Origin: Vicugna vicugna
Lineage: Eukaryota
Assembly: GCA_013265495.1 (NCBI GenBank)
Contig: MU057801.1
Location: 3,068,765-3,120,713 of the forward strand
Direction: 5' to 3'
Length of the DNA: 51,949 nucleotides
The translations under genes and the position numbers were made by a program. This document shows, piece after piece, positions 11,790-24,770 of the stretch; the stretch's first letter is position 1, and each line of letters opens with the position of its first letter. The notes beneath the pieces are model-generated. The model saw nothing but the letters and a program-made list of their open reading frames with translations. It made no database searches and was not told the DNA's origin.

Positions 11790-11918
11790 GGGGGGAGGGT
11801 ATAGCTCAGTGGTATAGAGCATGCTTAGTATGCATGAGGTCCTGGGTTCAATCCCCAGTACCTCCATTAAATAAATAAATAAACATAAATAAATAAACCT
11901 AATTACCCCCCTCCCCAG
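11790..11918 (+). mobile_element. tRNA-derived SINE (camelid vic-1 type) with 12-bp TSD
   Basis: GGGGGAGGGTATAGCTCAGTGG...GGTTCAATCCCCAGTACCTCC, a (TAAA)n tract and 'cctaattaccccc'. TSD ATACCCACTCCA at 11777-11788 and 11919-11930. Confidence 0.95.
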
Positions 11919-12179
11919 ATACCCACTCCAGAATCCACCATCCAGAAATAGTCATCGTTACTACTAAGCACACGTTCCAGATTTAAAATACATACAGAGA
12001 GAGATAAAAGGATGGTTAGATCAATAAAAATATTAAAATGATGTGATACTGCTACTTTCTAAAAATATTTAAGTCAGATTTATTTGGCTACATAGATGAA
12101 AAAGAAAGTGAAGTAAAATAGGTAACATTGAAATTCAAATAAAAATTCCTTCTCACAAGAGATACTATTTTCTTAAATT

Positions 12180-13145
12180 TCAAATTAGTGTTTCTGTTTT
12201 CTATGGGTAAATACTCAGAAGTGAATTTGCTGGATCATGTGGCAATTCCATTTTTAATTTTTTGAGGATCCTCCATATTGTTTTCCATAGTGGCTGAACC
12301 AGTTTGCAGTCCCACTGATACAGGGGCTCTCTTTTCTTTGCATCCTCACCAACACTTGTTATTTGTTGTCTGTTAGATGATGGCTGTTTTAACAGGTATG
12401 AGGTGATATCTCATTGTGGTTTTGATATGCATTTCCCTGATCATCAGTGATGTTAAGCATCTTTTCATGTGTTTTTTTTTTGCCATTTGTATGTCTTCTT
12501 TGGAAAACTGTTCAGATCCTCCGCTCACTTTTTAATTGGCTTGTTTATTTTTTGAATGTTGAATTGTATGAGTTCTTTGTATACTTTGGATATCAACCCC
12601 TTATCAGATACACTGTTTGCAAGCATCTTCTTCCATTCAGTAGGTGACCCTTTCATTTCACTGATGGTGTCCTTCACTGTGCAAAAGCCTGGATGTAGTC
12701 CCATTTGTTTATTTTTGCTTTTGCTTCTCTTGCCTGAGGAGACATATCTGGAAAGATACTGCTAAAGCCAATGTTCATGTTTTCTTTTAGTTTTATATTT
12801 TAAGGTCTTCTATTTAGTCTTTAATCCATTTTGAGTTTATTTTTGTTTTTGGTGTAAGAAAGTCATCCAGTTTGATTCTTCTGCATGTAGCTGTTGAGTT
12901 TTTATAACACAGTTTATTGAAGAGGCTGTCTTCCCATTGTGTATTCTTGCCCCCTTTGTTTTAGGTTAATTAACTATATAAGCATGGGTTTGTTTCTGGG
13001 CTCTCTATTCTGTTCCTTTGATATGTGTGTCTGTTTTTGTCCTAGTACCACACTGTTTTGATTACTATAGCTTTGTAGTATAGTTTGAAATCAGGTCCTT
13101 TGACGCCTCCAGGTTTGTTCTTCTTTCTCAGATTTTTTTGGCTCC
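12180..13145 (-). mobile_element. L1 ORF2 3' fragment
   Basis: 'aggtatgaggtgatatctcattgtggttttgat' and 'ttgattactatagctttgtagtatagtttgaaatcagg'. Confidence 0.9.
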
Positions 13146-13396
13146 CTGCATAAATTTCAAAACTCATGTCATGTTAGCCATTTTTCTAAACCGAAAAGAT
13201 GTAAAGATGTATGTGTAATTGTCTTTTTATTGTTTTCAGACAGAAACTAAAGCAAGCAAATATGTATAGATACAAAAGTTTGCATCACAAGCATGGCCTA
13301 TATATTTTACAATGTCTTTTAACATTTTATATTACAGAGAAAACCTTTAAAATAATTTATTATTTTATTCCTTCATATATATGAAGCAGTAACTTT

Positions 13397-13802
13397 TGAG
13401 TTCCCGAGACGGACTCTTCCTGCCCGGGTTAGGGTCTTTACACACCGCCCGACCCTTCCTTCCAGCCTCGGTCACAGCGCCCCGCGTGGCCCAGCCCCGA
13501 GGCCAGCGCTCCCTGCTCCCCGCCCCGCCCCGCCCCGCCCTATCCGTCGGGCCGCCATCCCCCACGGCTAGCGCACCTGCCGGCCGCGCGGCCCTCAGCC
13601 CAGCCGGCGCCTGCCCCCGCCGCGGGGGCCTCTCGGGGGGGCCCCCCTGAGGATGGCCGGGTCTGCCGGCCGGAGGGGAGGGCCTGGAGGCCCAAGGCCG
13701 GCGACCCCGGGGCGGCCGCCGGGTCTGTCCCGCGCACCACCTGGGAGAGCGCGCTCGCGCCCCGGTGGCGCTCACCAGGCCTCGCGTCGGACCCTGCGCA
13801 CC
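13397..13802. promoter_or_regulatory. Short orphan CpG-island fragment
   Basis: ~400 bp of CpG-dense sequence with tandem GC boxes at 13518-13540 and a minus-strand donor CTG|GTGAGC at 13775-13770. Both edges are abrupt. Confidence 0.7.
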
Positions 13803-13803
13803 C

Positions 13804-13946
13804 ATGTGTCCATTTTCACATTCTTTTCTCATTAAGGGTTATTAGAACATACGGAGTATAGCTCCCTGTGCTATACAGAAGAAACTTGTTTTTTAAACCT
13901 ATTTTTATGTATAGTGGCTAATATCTGCAAATCTCAAAGTCCCAAA
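13804..13946 (-). mobile_element. Short L1 3' UTR fragment
   Basis: 'ttttcacattcttttctcatta...tatagctccctgtgctatacag...tatagtggctaatatctgcaaatctcaaagtccc', antisense to the L1 3' UTR type seen at 19.6-19.8 kb. Confidence 0.8.
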
Positions 13947-14934
13947 GTGATTTTTACATTTTAATGTGGATTTACTTGCATCTTGAGTGTCATAAATTAA
14001 TTCCAGTGCTATAGAGCAGCCTATATTTCATTTTGTAAATCAAGGGAAATCGTTAATAGTTTGAAATAGGACATTGTCATAGTTATTTTTTCATGATTCC
14101 ACTAATACCACCTGTTTCAGGACCTATTTGTGCCTTCTTGGAAGCATATTTAAATATGTACTAAGGAAGTGTGTTTCGTAATATAAATACCCCACAATAT
14201 GTTATAAGTAGTATATCATTGTAATTAAGTATGCTAACGTGTTTATATGTAGGTAATGAGTGTGTAATATCAATCTAATTATGCATCATTACAACTATTT
14301 CATATACCAACATCAAAACATAAATAAAACTTTTGAATTCTTTTATAGCAGTTTATTTCATACACAGTGTGTTCAAACATAATTTGAATAGTGTTTGGAT
14401 AAATAACTTAATTCTTTGAACTCAAATCAGTTGTCCCTTAACTATGTGAAGTTATGATGAAATCTTTAACTTATATTTTGATTAAGTAAGACAATGTGGG
14501 GAATTTTCTTAGACCATTAGCATTTGTGAGAATGAATAATTATCAAAATACACTGATATTGTTTGTAAAAGTCATACCTTGTTTTTCCTAAAACATGCTG
14601 ATTTTAAACTATATGATAAAACTATAATTTCCTGGGTTTTTCTCAGTTCTTATAAAGAGATATTAAAATATTTTTGTTTTCTTTGGGAGGAGAAATAGCT
14701 TCTCTTTTACTTGTGAAAGCTTGGGAATATGTTTTAATATACGTTTAATATTTTTCTAAGTGAAAATGACATTTATGACACTTAAGAAAATGCAAAATAT
14801 AAATTCAAGTGAATTTTAAGTATCTTGGAATGTTTGTCACCCAAAGGAACATAAAATAACTGATACTACTGCCTCATTAAAGCATGTATTTTTTTCTTTC
14901 TTGATGCTTTGATGCATCAAAATGTTCATATATG

Positions 14935-16635
14935 AATATCACAAATATTTTCTCCCGTTTCATAGGATGTCTTTTCATTTTGTGGAAGGTTTCCTTTAAT
15001 GTGAAAGAGCTTTTAAGATTCTATTAAGTCTAACTTGTTTATTTTTGCTTTTAATTTCATTTGGATCCAAAAAAATATTGCTGTGATTTATATCAAAGTG
15101 TGTTCTCCCTCTGTTTTCCTCTAGTAGATTTATAGTGTCTAAACTTACATTTTGGTCTTTAATCCGTTCTGAGTTAATTTTTTATATGGCGTTAGAGAAT
15201 GTTCTCATTTCATTCTCTCACATGTAGCTGTCCAGTTTTCCCAGCACCACTTATTGAAGAGACTGTCTTTTCTCCACTATATATTCTTGACTACTTTGTC
15301 ATAGATTAATTGACCGTAAGTGCATAGGTTTATTTTTGGAGATTCTGTCCTGTTCTTTTGAGCTATGTGTCTGTTTTTGTGCCAGCGCCATGCTGTTCTC
15401 ATTACTGTAGCTTTGTAGTATAGTCTGAAATCAGGGCATATGATTCCTCCAGCCCCATTCTACTTTCTCAAGATTGTTTGCCTATTTGGGTTCTTTTGTG
15501 TTTACAAACAAATTTTAAAATTAGTTTTTCTAGTTCTGTAAAATATGCCATTGGTATTTTGGTAGGGGTTGCATTGAATCTGTACATTGCCTTGGGTAGT
15601 ATATTCATTTTAACAATATCAATTCCCCAATCTCAGGACATGGTATATCTTTCCATCTGTTTGTGCTGTCTTCAGTCTCTTATCACAGTCTTACAGTTCT
15701 TGGAGTACAGGTCTTTTGCCTCCTTAGTCAGGCTTATTTCTAAGTACTGTATTCTTTTTGATATGATGGAGGCATACAGATGCCCCAAAGGCACATGAAA
15801 AGATACACAACATAACTAGTTATTAGAGAAATGAAAATCAAAACTTACAATGAGTTATCAATTCACACCAGTCAGAATAGCCATCATCAAAAATCTACAA
15901 ACAATAAATGCTGAAGAAGGTTGTGGAGGAAAGGGAACCCTCCTACACTGTTGGTGGGAATGTAAATTGGTGCAGCCATTATGGAGAAGAGCATGGAGGT
16001 TCCTTAAAAAGCTACAAATAGAGTTATCATATGATCCAGCAATCCCACTCCTGGGGGTATATCCAGAAAAGATGAAAACCTTAGTTTGAAAAGATACATG
16101 CACCCCAGTATTCATAGCAGCACTCTTGCAATGGCCAAGACATGGAAGCAATCTGAATGTTCATTGACAGATAAATGGATAAAGAAGATGTATATGTATA
16201 TACAATAGAGTATTACTTAGCCATAAAAAGGAATGAAATAATGCCATTTACAGCAACATGGATGGACCTAGAGATAATCAGTCACACTAAGTGAAATAAG
16301 TCAGACAAAGACAAATATCACATAATATCACTTGTATGTGCAATTTTAAAAGAAGTGATACAAATGAATTTACTTACAAAACAGGAAGAGACTCAGATAT
16401 AGAAAATAAACTTACAGTTATCAAAGGGGAAGGTGAGGGAGGGATAAATTAGAAGTATGGGATTAACAGATACACATATATATGTATAAAAGAGATAAAC
16501 AACAAGGACCTACAGTATAGTACAGGGAACTATATTTAATATTTTATAATCTATAATGGACAAGAATCTTAAATATATATATATGTGGGTCCCTATGCTG
16601 TATGTATACCTGAAACTAACACAACGTTGTTAATA
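14935..16635. mobile_element. 5'-inverted, truncated L1 (antisense 14935-15767, sense 15768-16635)
   Basis: Antisense ORF2 sequence switches at ~15767 to sense 'gcatacagatgcc...cacatgaaaagat'. ORF 15850-16089 ([15 protein letters not shown]...YDPAIPLLG) is the ORF2p C-terminal Cys-rich region, followed by 3' UTR. Confidence 0.85.
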
Positions 16636-19440
16636 CTCACTGAACTTGAGACAGAGTCTCTAGACTAAAGGATGCTTTCTGTGGTTTTCAAATGTAATTG
16701 CTTTTAAATTACATTCTAAAGAGGCAAACCAAATGAACACAAGCTTAATTCAGTCTTATTTCCAGATAGAAAGAATGCCTCCATGAGGTTTATTAGTTTC
16801 GAATTTTAACATTACTTTTGAGGAAACAATGAAGTAGAACTCAAAAAAGAAATAAGAAGCTCCAAATTACAGTATTGTTAATAGAATTTATAATTGAATA
16901 TGTAACTGAAACATGCATTTTAAGTAGAACTCTTTCTGTCTTAATAATTTCATGATTAGTAGTATGTTATATGCATTACAAAAACACAGGATTATAAATG
17001 TACAAATTAACATAAATTTAAATAATTATATTCCATAGAAATTCAATATTTTATGCACCACAAAAGAAATGACCAAAATGATACTCATTTTTTATATCTT
17101 AAATGTGAGTTTATGAATGTATTTCTTGTAGATTTTCTATTAAATAATGCAAATGTATGCCTGAAAATATCCTGCAACTCATACAGCAGATCCAAGTTAC
17201 ACAACACAAGCGGTTATTTGGGAAACAGTGCACTTCTGGAAAGCACAAGGGGTGAAGGTTGGGGGAGGAAGAAATCAAATTGGTTTTGTCTTGTTTTTGA
17301 GTTGAAAAGACATCTTTCTTGTGATCAGCAATAAATAGCACATATTAAATGTTCAAGTGTTTAATATTAAGAGTGAAAATATTTTTATAAGCTAATTACA
17401 AGGAATATTTTCCTTTTTATATATACATCATGGGCATGATTTTAAATAAAAACCTAAAAACATTTAAAAGTTTGGATTTTAGATATTTGCATTTCAAAAT
17501 TTTATCAGTTAAAATAATAACAAATTATAATTTCTTTATTTTAAAAATAAAGTAACAAAAGTTACAGAGAGTAAATAATGTGTTGATATCAGTCAGCTAG
17601 TTAAGGACGGCACAGAACTTAAAATCCGGTTTTCTGTTCATTTTGCTATTCTGCATGCTTTTTGTGTTTCTTTATTGCTTTTTTTTGCTTTAAACTGTTA
17701 CATCAGATTACTTTTACTCTTTTTCAATTCACTTTCTCTTACTCTTCACTCACTTCCAAACTTTGATTACTGCTGTGAATTTCAATTTTTAAAACTTCTC
17801 ATTGTCTATTGTCTTTCACTACTGGTTCCAAATTGGCCTCTAGAGTGTCATGGAAGATGGCTGAATTGGAAGCTCCAGGAAATTGTCCCTTCACTGAAAC
17901 AACTATTGAGCTACTGTATCAATAGGAATTGTCAAAATCAACTGTTAGGACTATGGATTCTAACCAAATAATTGGAGTTCCCAGGAGAGTGCTTGAGGAA
18001 TAAAGAGGCTGGTAAAATTTGAGGAGTTTTGGCATTTCATATAACAGCTGCCTTCCCTATTCCCCAGCTCCCATGGCAGCCATCTGTGAGGGTAGCAGCA
18101 CACACTCCTGCTGTGGCTTCTGATGCCTGGGTGGACAATGTGGACTTTATCCTCTAGAGATCAGGGTTGCATTGTTGATTTGCATGTTGGTGTTTTTGGG
18201 CAACTGCTGCAGAGTTTGGCTCAGATGGCTTCCCAAGTAGCACTTACAAAAATAAAGAAAAAATATCTTAAAAAGAATTAATATTGGCCCCAGGCATTTA
18301 AGGAAATCACTGTAAGATCATTAGATGACTGTAGAGATAATAGAACAAAGATTTCAGTGATAACACATGACAAGGAATACAGTCTTTGCAAAAATAAAAA
18401 TAAAAAAGCTTACAAAAGTCACTAAGCAAATGGACAACTTGCAGCCCTCAACAAGTAACACTGGCAGTCTCTGTGAGGGAGGATAATGTGATTTCCAGAG
18501 TTAACACATCACAATATTAAAAATGTCCAATTCTCAGCGAAATGTATAAAACATCCTAAACAAGACATGAAAACATGACCCCTTCATAAGAAACAAAAAT
18601 GTCAGAAAACTTTGAGAAAGTCCAGACATTAGATTAATTAGATGAAGACTTTAAATTAACTGTCTTAAATATTCTCAAAGTGCTGAAGGAAACCATAGAT
18701 TGAAAAAACAATGAAAATTAGGAGACTAGTGTAAGAATAATTAGATATCAGAGAGAGAATTTATAGGTAATAATAAGAGATATAAATTATTTTTAAAAAA
18801 GCACACAAAACTTCTAGGTGAAAAATAAAGTAGCTGAAAGGAAAAATGTCCAAATGTGACATTGACTCACCAAGTGGGTTCAACAGCAGATTTTAGTAAG
18901 CAGGGGGAAAAAAAAAACCCCAGCAAATTTGAAGATAGGGCAATTGAAATCACTCAATCATTGGAGAAAACAAACAAAAAAGAATAGAGAAAAATGAACA
19001 GCCTAAGGCACCAAGAGACATACCAAGATAAGAAATCTGGGAATCACAGAAAGAAAAGAGAAAGAGAATGGGAACAGAAAATGTATTTTAAAATAAAATG
19101 TCTGAAAACTTTCCGAATTTGATGGAACATGAATCTACATATCCGAGAAGCTGAACGAATTCAAAGCTGAATTTACCCCACAGACATCTACACCGACACA
19201 TTATAGTCAAAATGTTGAAAGATAAAGAAGGAATCTTAAAGCAAAACAAAACAAAAAGCAGCAAAAAAGGAAGGTGTTCCTCTTATGCAGAGGATCCTCA
19301 CCAGCTGATTCCTCATCAGGAAGTGCAGAGGTGGCAGGACAGTATACCTAAGTGCTCACGAGAAGAAACCCTGTAAAAAGGAGACTTCTATAAAAGACAA
19401 AGCAATCTTGCAGAAATGAAGGAGATGAATAAGACCCTTG

Positions 19441-19795
19441 TGTCATTTTTAGGTTCCACATGTAAAGTGACAGCAGCGGTATTTTTCTTTCTCCTTCTGG
19501 CTTACTTCACTTCGTATGAAAACCCCCAGGTCCATCCATGTTGCTGCAAATGGCATTAGTTTTTAAATGTCACAAAAGGACTTACAAAAAAGAAAGAGAG
19601 TCGCAGACATAGAGAACAAAGTTGTGGTTGCTGTGGGGAAGGGGGTGGAAGGATAAACTGGGAGTTTGAGGTTTGCAGATACTAATTACTATATATAAGA
19701 CAGATAAACAATGAGACCCTACTGTACAGCACAGGGAACTATATTCAATGAGTTGTAATAGCTGATAATGAAAAGGAATGTGAAAAGGAACATTT
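19441..19795. mobile_element. Small L1 3' end insertion with inversion (antisense ~19441-19560, sense ~19565-19795)
   Basis: Antisense 'ggtccatccatgttgctgcaaatggcatta' followed by sense 'cagacatagagaacaaagttgtggttgc...ctactgtacagcacagggaactatattcaat'. Confidence 0.75.
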
Positions 19796-19870
19796 TTTTT
19801 TTGTAGTAGATTATTTTGATCTCCTGATCAGTCCCCTTGGTGGGTTTTTTTTTAAAATATATTTTAAACA

Positions 19871-19919
19871 TCCTAGGTTCAATACCCAGTACCTCCTTTA
19901 AAAAAACAAAAACAAAGAC

Positions 19920-19950
<31 letters not shown>

Positions 19951-19955
19951 AACCC
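19871..19955 (+). mobile_element. 5'-truncated vic-1-type SINE with (CAAAA)n tail
   Basis: 'tcctaggttcaatacccagtacctcc' (B box) plus an A-rich tail. Confidence 0.75.
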
Positions 19956-21507
19956 ACTAAACACAGAAAATACAGTCACAGAAGAAATGAAGGGCAAAAA
20001 TAGTATAAGAAATACAGAAACCAAATGGTACTATAGAAGAAATCCTTCTTTATCAGTAATAACTTTAAATTGTAAATGGACAAAACTCTCAAAGGCATAG
20101 ATTGACAGATTGTTTCATTAAAAAGTGATCAGCTCTGTTTTTTACAAGAGACTCACTGTAAGTTGAAAAAACACAAGTAGGTTGAAAATGAATATATGAA
20201 AAAAGAATCCCCTAAGTCATAACCAAAAGGCAGCTAGATGACTATCCTAATATTAGACAAAATAGACTTCATGGCAAAGTAACAGGAGATAAGGAAGGAC
20301 ATTACATACAGATTAAGTGTTAATCCACCAAAAGAAATAACAAGTATAAATATATAAGCACTAAACAACAGAACCTCAAGCTATACAAAACATACTGACA
20401 GAACTGAAGAGAGAAAGTTATGTAATATATGTCTATGGTATTTTTAAGAATTGTACAATAATACAGTGGGAAACAATATATTAGTTGAAGATGTCAGACC
20501 TCAATAGAATGAAGCTAAAAATCAATAAAAAAGAAAAACTATATACTCACAAAACATGGAAATTTAAAAATACACTCTTAAGCAACCAATGGTTTAAAGA
20601 AGAAATCACTAGGGAAATAAGAAAGTACTTTGAGATTCATGAAAACAAAAGCACAACATACCCAAAGCCATAGTATGCAGTGAAGAAGGCACTCAGTGGG
20701 AACTTCATGGTTTCAAATGCCTGTATTTTAAAAAGGAGAAAAGTCCCTAATTAATAAGTTAACTTTATACCGTAAGAAAGATAAGCAAACTAGACATGAA
20801 GCAAGGGAAGAAAGGCAATAATTAAGGTTGTGGAGATCAATGAGATGGAGAACACAAAGTGGGACAACTGGAAACCAAAGGTTGGTTCTTCAGAAAGATC
20901 AATAAATTTAATGAATTTTATTTAGACTGCCTAAGAAAAACAGACAGAGGATGCAAACAACTAAAATAAGAAATAAAAAGAGAGACATCACTACAAATTT
21001 TACACAGATGAAAAACATCACTGTAGAATGCTATGAGCATTTGCTTGCTAACTAGGTAGATGATTTAAGTGAAATGGATAAATTTCTAGAATCGTACATA
21101 TTACTGAAACCAGCCCAAGAAGAAATGGAAATTACCAACAGACAGATAATGAGAAAAGACATTGGATCAGCACTCATAGACCCCCAAACAAAGGAATTCC
21201 AAGAACAAGTATGTTCACTGGTGAATTCTACGAAACAATAGAAGGAGAATTATCATCAATCCTACTCAGATTCTTTTAAAAAATGTAAGAGGAGGGAACA
21301 CTTCCTAACACATCTGTAAGGCCAGCATTATCTGATGAGGAAGCCAGATACAAATGCCAAAAGAGAACACAACTAGCAATCAACACCCTTTACGAACACA
21401 GATGGGAAGGTTCCCAGCATGACACTCGCAAACGAAACCCAACAGTGTGTTAAGATGGTTCGCACCATGACCAAATGGTGTTCCAGCTCAGGAATGCAAG
21501 GATAGCG

Positions 21508-21906
21508 TGTCGTTTGCCTGAGCTACCGCAAGGAGATACCACAGACCACACTACTTAAACAAAACATGCATGTTTTCACGGTTCTGGAGGCAGGAAGTCC
21601 AAGGTCGAAGCACCAGCACAGCTGGCTTCCCCTGAGGCTTTCCTGCTTGGCCTTCTGCTGTCCTGCCACGTTTTGTTTGTTTGTTTTGTTTCTGTGCAGG
21701 TGCACCCCTGGAATCTCTCTGCTTACCCTAATCTCTTTTTCTTATAAGAGCAGCAGTCAAATTGGATTAGGACACATCTTAAAATTTTCATTTTAGCTTA
21801 ATTGCCTCTTTAAAAGTTCTGTCTGCTTATACAGCCACATTCTGAGCTGCTAGAGTTTAAGGCTTCAAGATATAAACTTAGAGGAGATTGAAAATAGCCC
21901 ATAACA
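21508..21906 (-). mobile_element. MaLR solo LTR (MLT1A-D type) nested in L1
   Basis: 'ttttcacggttctggaggcaggaagtccaaggtc', 'cttataagagcagcagtcaaattggattagg', 'cacattctgag' and terminal 'cccataaca'. Confidence 0.85.
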
Positions 21907-23984
21907 GGTGATTCAGCTTAAGAAAGTCAATCAGTGTAGTATGCCACATTAACAGAATGAAAGAAAGAAAAAGCAAAACAAAACAAAACATCTCCACATC
22001 TCAACCAATGTGGCAAAAACATTTAAGAAAATTCAACATTCTTTCATGATTAAAAAAAAAAACTCAGCAAACTTGGAATAAATAGAACTTCCTTTATATG
22101 ATAAAGGGCATTCATGAAATTCCTACAGTTAAAATCATACTCAGTGGTAAAAACTGAAGCCTTTCCTCCTAAGCTCAGAAACAAGACAAAAATGCCCATT
22201 TTCACCAGTGATATTTGTAGACACTATGGTTTTAATCTATGAAAAATTTTAAGGAATCACAAAAAAACTACTAGAGCTAATTTACGAATTAAGCACAACT
22301 GCTGATCAACACACAGAAATGAGTTGTTTTTCTGTGCATGTCAGTGAGCAAAGCCAAATATTAAACTAAGAAAATAACCCCTTTTCCGAGATCATCTGAA
22401 AGATAAAACATTTCAGAAATAATTTTAACCGAAGGTCTAAAGGACTTATGCATTGAGAACTGCAAAACAACGCCAAAAGAAGTGAAGGAGGAACCACCTG
22501 AACAAATGCAAAGATAGCCCTTATTCTTGGATTGGAAGACTTTAATATTTTTAAGGTGGAAATTCTACCTGACTGGTCTCCAAGTTAATTACCATTCCTA
22601 TCAAAATTCCAACTGTCCCCCCTTTTTTTGTTTCTCAGAAATAGAAAAATTGACCTTTAAATTTATATGGAGCATCAGTGTGCCCCAATAGCAAAAACAA
22701 TGTTGAAAAAGAAAAACAAATTTATAAAACACGCTTCTCAATTTCAAAAACTACAGCAATCAAAACTGTGATATTGGCATTAGGATGGACATGTGGGCCA
22801 ATGCAATAAAATTAAAAGTTGTGAAATTAGCTCAGACATCCATGGCCAGCTTGTCTCGGACAGTGTGTCAGGACTGTTCAGTGGGGGAAGGAATCATCTC
22901 AGTGAGTAGTACTGGGACAGCTGGAGAGGCACATGTGAAAAGATGAAGTTGGACACCAGCTCATTCCATGCACAAAACTGACTCAGAATGGGTCAGCAGG
23001 CTAAACGTAACACCTAGGGCTGTAAAACTACCAGAGGAAAACATAGTGGTAAGTTCTCATGACATTTAATTTCACAATGCATTCTTTGATTTGACATACA
23101 TGCACAAAGATTAGCAAAACAGAAAAAGATAAATAAAACTTTAACTATTAAAAACTTCTGTCCCTCAGACAACATAATCAAGAAGACAAAAAGACCACCA
23201 AAGAAAGGGAGAAAATATTTTCAAATGATGACTCTGATATGAGTTTTTCATCTGGAATATACAAATAATTCTTACAACTCAACATCAGAAAGACAAAAAA
23301 AAACTATTAAAACAGGCAGAGTACTTGCATGTGATATGACAAATATATAGCATTGCATCTAGCACCACGTTCATGTCAATTTAATTTGAATCTCAAAGCT
23401 CTAGGTACCTAAACTGAAATCTGGATTATATTCATTTTTAACAACAGTATTTTCTTCTTACATAAAAACATTTATGTAAAGAAAAGTTTTTAGGTTAAAA
23501 TTGCATCTTTTTATCATCCTTGCTGTAACAGTGAATTTAATTTTATCTCACATAATTACATTTTGATTCAAAAACCAGTTGGATGAATATAATTAGGAAC
23601 AAAAGTGTAAATAGTTGAGCCTTGGTATAGTATTTTTCCATGGTTGCTGGAATTTTAAGTTCTCTGAGGACAGGACCACCTCTATTTCAAAAATGTAATT
23701 AACACATATGTACTCTCCAGCACATCAAATGTGCACAATAAATATTGTCTGTGAAGGAAGGAACAGATCACAATGGTTTATTATTTTTATTTTCTCAGTG
23801 AGCTATTGTTTATTCCAAATCTAATTCACTTAGGTAATTTTCTATATATTTAATAAGTACTAATTAATACTTGTACTATGTGTGAGACACAGTATGTTTT
23901 CAACAATCCCCATTTTTTGCATTTAATTATTTCAGCACTTATGCTCTACTGTGGACTCAGCCCCCTTCCCAGTGCTAGAACTGG

Positions 23985-24770
23985 AGCAGCATGATGCTAA
24001 CCAGTCCTCACCCCTGGAGCTGGAGGTGCGGAGCACTGTGCTCTAGTCCCAGCTCCACCACTTCACCATCGGATGTTCTTAAGAAAGTTACACAACAGGC
24101 GACTGGATAAAGAAGATGTGGTATATTTATACAATGGAATACTACTCAGCCATAAAAATGACAACATAATGCCATTTGCAGCAACATGGATGCTCCTGGA
24201 GAATATCATTCTAACTGAAGTAAGCCAGAAAGAGAAAGAAAAATACCATATGAGATTGTTCATATGTGGAATCTAAAAAACAAAAACAAACAAACAAAAA
24301 AACAAAGCGTAAATACAGGACAGAGATAGACTCATAGACATAGAATACAGACTTGTGGTTGCCAGGGGGGCAGAGTGTGGGAAGGGATAGTCTGGGATTT
24401 CCAAATTGTAGAATAGATAAACAAGACTATACTGTATAGTGCAGGGAAATATACACAAGCTCTTATGGTAGCGTACAGAGAAAAAAATGTGACAATGAGT
24501 GTGTATATGTCCATATATGACTGAAAAATTGTGCTGAACACTGGAATTTGACACAACATTGTAAAATGATTATAAATGAATAAAAAATGTTAAAAAAATA
24601 AATAAATTTGAAAAAAAAAGAAACGCAATTGTCCCCTCTCTAGGTGTTTCTAACTTTTACGTGGAATAATAATTCTAACTCACATGATTTTGGAGGGTTA
24701 AATCGATAAAACCTAATAAAGCACGGGAAACAGTGCAGCACATAGTAGGTACTTAAATATATGTTAGAAA
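23985..24770 (+). mobile_element. MIR split by an L1 insertion
   Basis: 'tagtcccagctccaccactt' on the left of the L1; 'gtggaataataattctaactcacatgattttggagggttaaa...gcacatagtaggtacttaaat' on the right. Confidence 0.6.
24097..24620 (+). mobile_element. Relatively young 5'-truncated L1 3' end with A-tail
   Basis: 'gactggataaagaagatgtggtatatttatacaatggaatactactcagccataaaa...gccatttgcagcaacatggatg', 3' UTR, AATAAA and poly(A). Confidence 0.9.

Larger units (their letters stand above)
17840..23330 (+). mobile_element. Long decayed L1 (5' UTR, ORF1 and ORF2 remnants) with nested insertions
   Basis: 'aagatggctgaattggaagctcc' 5' start and ORF1-like 'gggttcaacagcagatt...tttgaagatagggcaattg'. ORF2 peptide TWKFKNTLLSNQWFKEEITREIRKYFE (ORF 20485-20673); many stops and frameshifts. 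Confidence 0.85.

Noticed and set aside
11790..11865. tRNA-like sequence with A and B boxes
   Set aside because: It is the head of a SINE with tail and TSD and has multiple diverged copies in the window, so it is not a tRNA gene.
13365..13835. 155-aa and shorter ORFs over the second CpG island
   Set aside because: GC-content artefact; the start of the longest ORF lies in L1-derived sequence.
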